The notes beneath the pieces are model-generated. The model was not told where the DNA came from. It saw nothing but the letters and a program-made list of their open reading frames with translations, and searched no databases. The position numbers and the translations under genes were made by a program. DNA of 64,000 bases from Fistulifera solaris (lineage: Eukaryota): the NCBI GenBank assembly GCA_030295235.1, contig AP026138.1:1-64000 (forward strand), given 5' to 3'. Within the stretch, counting starts at the first letter, position 1, and each line of letters starts with the position of its first letter. This document shows positions 61,025 to 64,000 of this stretch, piece by piece.

Positions 61025-63127
61025 ATGGGTTTCTTTTCCAAAATATTTCGACGCAACAAAGAGACGACTGGAAAGCGTGCGAATAAAGTACGATTGGGTC
61101 GACGCAACAACAAGTATTCGAATAATACACAAGACGAGGAACGCGATGATTCTCCGACGGATTTGGAAGACTTGCATGCCTTTGTTCCCATTACACGGGG
61201 ACCAGACTTTTCGGACGGATCGCATCGACCTTCGCCCCGCGAATATAGCGGAGGACCGGTGGATTTGGATGAAGTCGAGGCCAGTACGGTGGGAGGAGGA
61301 GACGAAGATGCTCCGATGCCCACCCATCATCAACGTCCGGAAATGCGATTGAGTTCGGAACGCTTGGCCGAATTCACACAGCAGATCCAACAACAACAAC
61401 AAGAACCGCACTCGTCACCGCGATCGCCGAACAATTATCGAACGTTTACCATGGATCCGGAACCCGTTACGAAATCGACGAATAGTGGTAGCGGTAGCAA
61501 GAAAATGTATACTCCAGGGCAAATGGCGGTGGCTGTTGATGATTACTCGGAGAGCAGTTCTTTCAACTTGAGCACCGACGCCGAAGATACGGAATATGAA
61601 GATTTGAAGAAACACGGTATTGTACGCAAGAATACGAAAGCAGCCTTCCAAAGCAAGAATCAGCTGTCGGCAGAGGCTTCTGTCACATCCTTCCGCTCTT
61701 CTCCATCTCATCAAGACGGTACGGTATTCCCGAATCTGCTTACCGACGACGAAGGCAATTCCGTCCGTTCCAGTCCTTCCCTGTTGCTGCACTCTCCGCA
61801 AGAAAACAGTACGACCGGACGATCGGCATCGAGTCCCATGGCCAACAACTCGTTACTCAGTGGATCGTACCGAGAAGCCGCTGCTTCCCCCAAGTCGAGT
61901 CAAGACGATTTTGCCAACTTTGCCGATTTCTCGAGTTTCGGCAATGATGCTTTCTTTTCCAAGACGCCCGCTGTTGTAGAAGACGAGGATCACCCCAGTC
62001 CGTCTCCTCGAGCTCATCAGCGCAGTAGCAGTTTTACACGTCATACTCCATCGGTCGGTTCCGACTCGTCCATTTCGGAACTCTTGGCACAAGCGAAAAG
62101 CCACACCAGTCGCCACCAGCGCTCGGGCAATTCGGTCAACTCGGCTCCGGCCATGACGGCCGCTCAGATTCGCGCTCATCACGGTATCCAGCCCCGTACG
62201 AACGATGGTACGTCGGTTTCCGACATCATCAAAAGTTTGGAAGCCGACAATGCAAGTCGTATGCGACAATCGGGTAGCAAACGTCATTCGGACGCGTACT
62301 CGACGCTGAGTCGTGATGCATCGGTGCGTTCTGCCAAGGAGCGGTTGCGTCGACGACGGGAAAATGAACGTCGGCGCACTAGTCATCCGGATGATGCTTC
62401 GACCGAATCGGACGAAGATGCCGAGTCGTGGTTGATGGATGAAGTGACGGGCGCCTTGGGACCGAGAGGCATCGCTGCCGATTTGGAATCGTTAAGCGGT
62501 CGATCGCACAAATCTCACCGGAGTCATCATTCCCGAAAATCACGACCCTCCACCCGACGCCGCAACCCCAACAGTGGAGAATCGGTGGACAGTCACGGCA
62601 GTAAACGCAGTTCGGGTAGTCGTCGCAGTCGTTATTCGCATCGTTCGACGAAATCGTACATGTCCCAAATGTCCGAACAAAGCCGCAGCGTTGCCAACGA
62701 CTTGTTGCGTCTTGAAATGCAACTGGCCATGGTGAATCCCAGCAGTGTCTTGAATCCTGATTCGACCCGCTCTGCTCGCAGCCGCCGTAGCAGTAGTGGC
62801 AGCACCGCACCCCGCCGCACTCGTATCAGTGTGGTGGCTCCCCCCGGTAAATTGGGTATCATATTGGCCAACAAAGCCGATTCTCGGGGTACTGTCGTGT
62901 CCGGCGTCCGCACCAGCAGTGTATTGGCTGATCGTATCAGTCCCGGTGACCGTATTGTCGCCATCGATGGGGAAGACGTGAGTCTCATGACCGTCTCGGA
63001 AATAACGACAATTATGGCCCGCAAGAGTGAGTATGATCGGACCTTGACGGTGCTCACGACACCGAAACCGACGTCGCCCGAATCATCATCGGCCGCTTCG
63101 CCACGGGACAATCGTTCACGTGGATGA
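61025..63127 (+). CDS. Ser/Arg-rich protein with a C-terminal PDZ domain
   Basis: VVAPPGKLGIIL..TVVSGVRTSSVLADRISPGDRIVAIDGEDV PDZ signature; ATG MGFFSK at 61025. Confidence 0.88.
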   Translation: MGFFSKIFRRNKETTGKRANKVRLGRRNNKYSNNTQDEERDDSPTDLEDLHAFVPITRGPDFSDGSHRPSPREYSGGPVDLDEVEASTVGGGDEDAPMPTHHQRPEMRLSSERLAEFTQQIQQQQQEPHSSPRSPNNYRTFTMDPEPVTKSTNSGSGSKKMYTPGQMAVAVDDYSESSSFNLSTDAEDTEYEDLKKHGIVRKNTKAAFQSKNQLSAEASVTSFRSSPSHQDGTVFPNLLTDDEGNSVRSSPSLLLHSPQENSTTGRSASSPMANNSLLSGSYREAAASPKSSQDDFANFADFSSFGNDAFFSKTPAVVEDEDHPSPSPRAHQRSSSFTRHTPSVGSDSSISELLAQAKSHTSRHQRSGNSVNSAPAMTAAQIRAHHGIQPRTNDGTSVSDIIKSLEADNASRMRQSGSKRHSDAYSTLSRDASVRSAKERLRRRRENERRRTSHPDDASTESDEDAESWLMDEVTGALGPRGIAADLESLSGRSHKSHRSHHSRKSRPSTRRRNPNSGESVDSHGSKRSSGSRRSRYSHRSTKSYMSQMSEQSRSVANDLLRLEMQLAMVNPSSVLNPDSTRSARSRRSSSGSTAPRRTRISVVAPPGKLGIILANKADSRGTVVSGVRTSSVLADRISPGDRIVAIDGEDVSLMTVSEITTIMARKSEYDRTLTVLTTPKPTSPESSSAASPRDNRSRG

Positions 63128-63282
63128 AATGTTATCGAGAACAATCAAAGTAAAAAGAAAGAAATAAAGCAAGCAAGTTATGATAATAACGAATAAGCAA
63201 AGAATTTGTCCTATCTTCGTGACTTTGTGACATATCAGTTCAGGAATTCCGTCTGACTCAAAATACAGTAAGAAAAGCCGAA

Positions 63283-63778
63283 TTTTACTATAGTCCACAG
63301 TGTTGGCCGTATGTCGCCACGACTGCAAGTCAGTCATGAGTCTAATTTCTCTCGAGCAAAACTTCTGCCTACAGTTCGTTCATTCGTCAAAACGTCTTGA
63401 GCCACACTTATCGTTGTTGCGAGGAGATAGTCGTTAGCAGCATTTGCATTACATTCTTTTTATTTAACGTCGAAAAGCCAGCGGAACGCTGTCTTCCGTA
63501 TTTACTATGGACCAAAGTGTTGGTTTTACGAGACCACGATTGCATTTCAGTCATGAGTCAAATTTCTCTCGAGCAAAACTTCTGCCTACAGTTCGTTCAT
63601 TCGTCAAAACGTCTTGAGCCTCGATCGTAGTTACTGCAATGAAATAGTCGTTAGCAGCATTTGCATTACATTCTTTTTATTTTACGTCGAAAAGCCAGCG
63701 GAACGCTGTCTTCCGTATTTACTATCGACCAAAGTGTTGGTTTTACGAGACCACGATTGCGTTTCTGTCATGAGTCAT
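63283..63778. repeat. Tandem repeat, ~217 bp unit x2.3, each unit carrying the dyad element
   Basis: 63318-63534 is nearly identical to 63535-63751; third partial unit to ~63778. Confidence 0.95.
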
Positions 63779-64000
63779 GAATCGATACTATGGTGTTTAT
63801 CCCTTGACCGAGCCAGATAGTCATTTCATCAACATTTTTCTTCTTTTAGCAATATTTACTATTAAGATGATTGACCTGTTCTACAACATTCAATGTTACA
63901 GCCAACACTTTTTCCGCCTCCTGAAAGGCGCTCTAGCTTAACAACCCATCGCAGACAACACATTATGCTATAGTCCGTCCCTCCGTCGACCCGGTTCTCG

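Noticed and set aside
63397..63820. Two similar small ORFs
   Set aside because: Products of the 217-bp tandem repeat with non-ATG starts; no coding evidence

Overview
Left end of a eukaryotic chromosome: ~310 bp of (CCCTAA)n telomere, ~2.9 kb of non-coding subtelomere, then a compact gene-dense region with short GT-AG introns. The gene repertoire suggests a diatom or related stramenopile (inference). Genes: TFIIB-related factor, four ammonium transporters in two tandem pairs, secreted multi-CBM6/Pro-rich protein, putative glycosyltransferase, ankyrin protein, bestrophin, four secreted PPC-like paralogues, M14 carboxypeptidase, histidine phosphatase, three tiny ORFs sharing a C-terminal helix motif, two-pore-domain K+ channel, UTP15, CaMK-like kinase, dyskerin/CBF5, a PDZ protein and several hypotheticals. 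Many genes carry frameshifts, often at homopolymers, most likely assembly errors. The most unusual non-coding signals are (i) a structured subtelomeric segment with a CTAACCCTA template-like motif that also matches the telomere junction, (ii) three arrays of the CCAGA-WTT-TCTGG palindrome, all in divergent intergenic regions, (iii) a dispersed ~55 bp element with a CAYGACTG-N5-CAGTCAYG dyad, and (iv) an orphan tRNA-like 3' end. All calls were made by eye; no searches were run.
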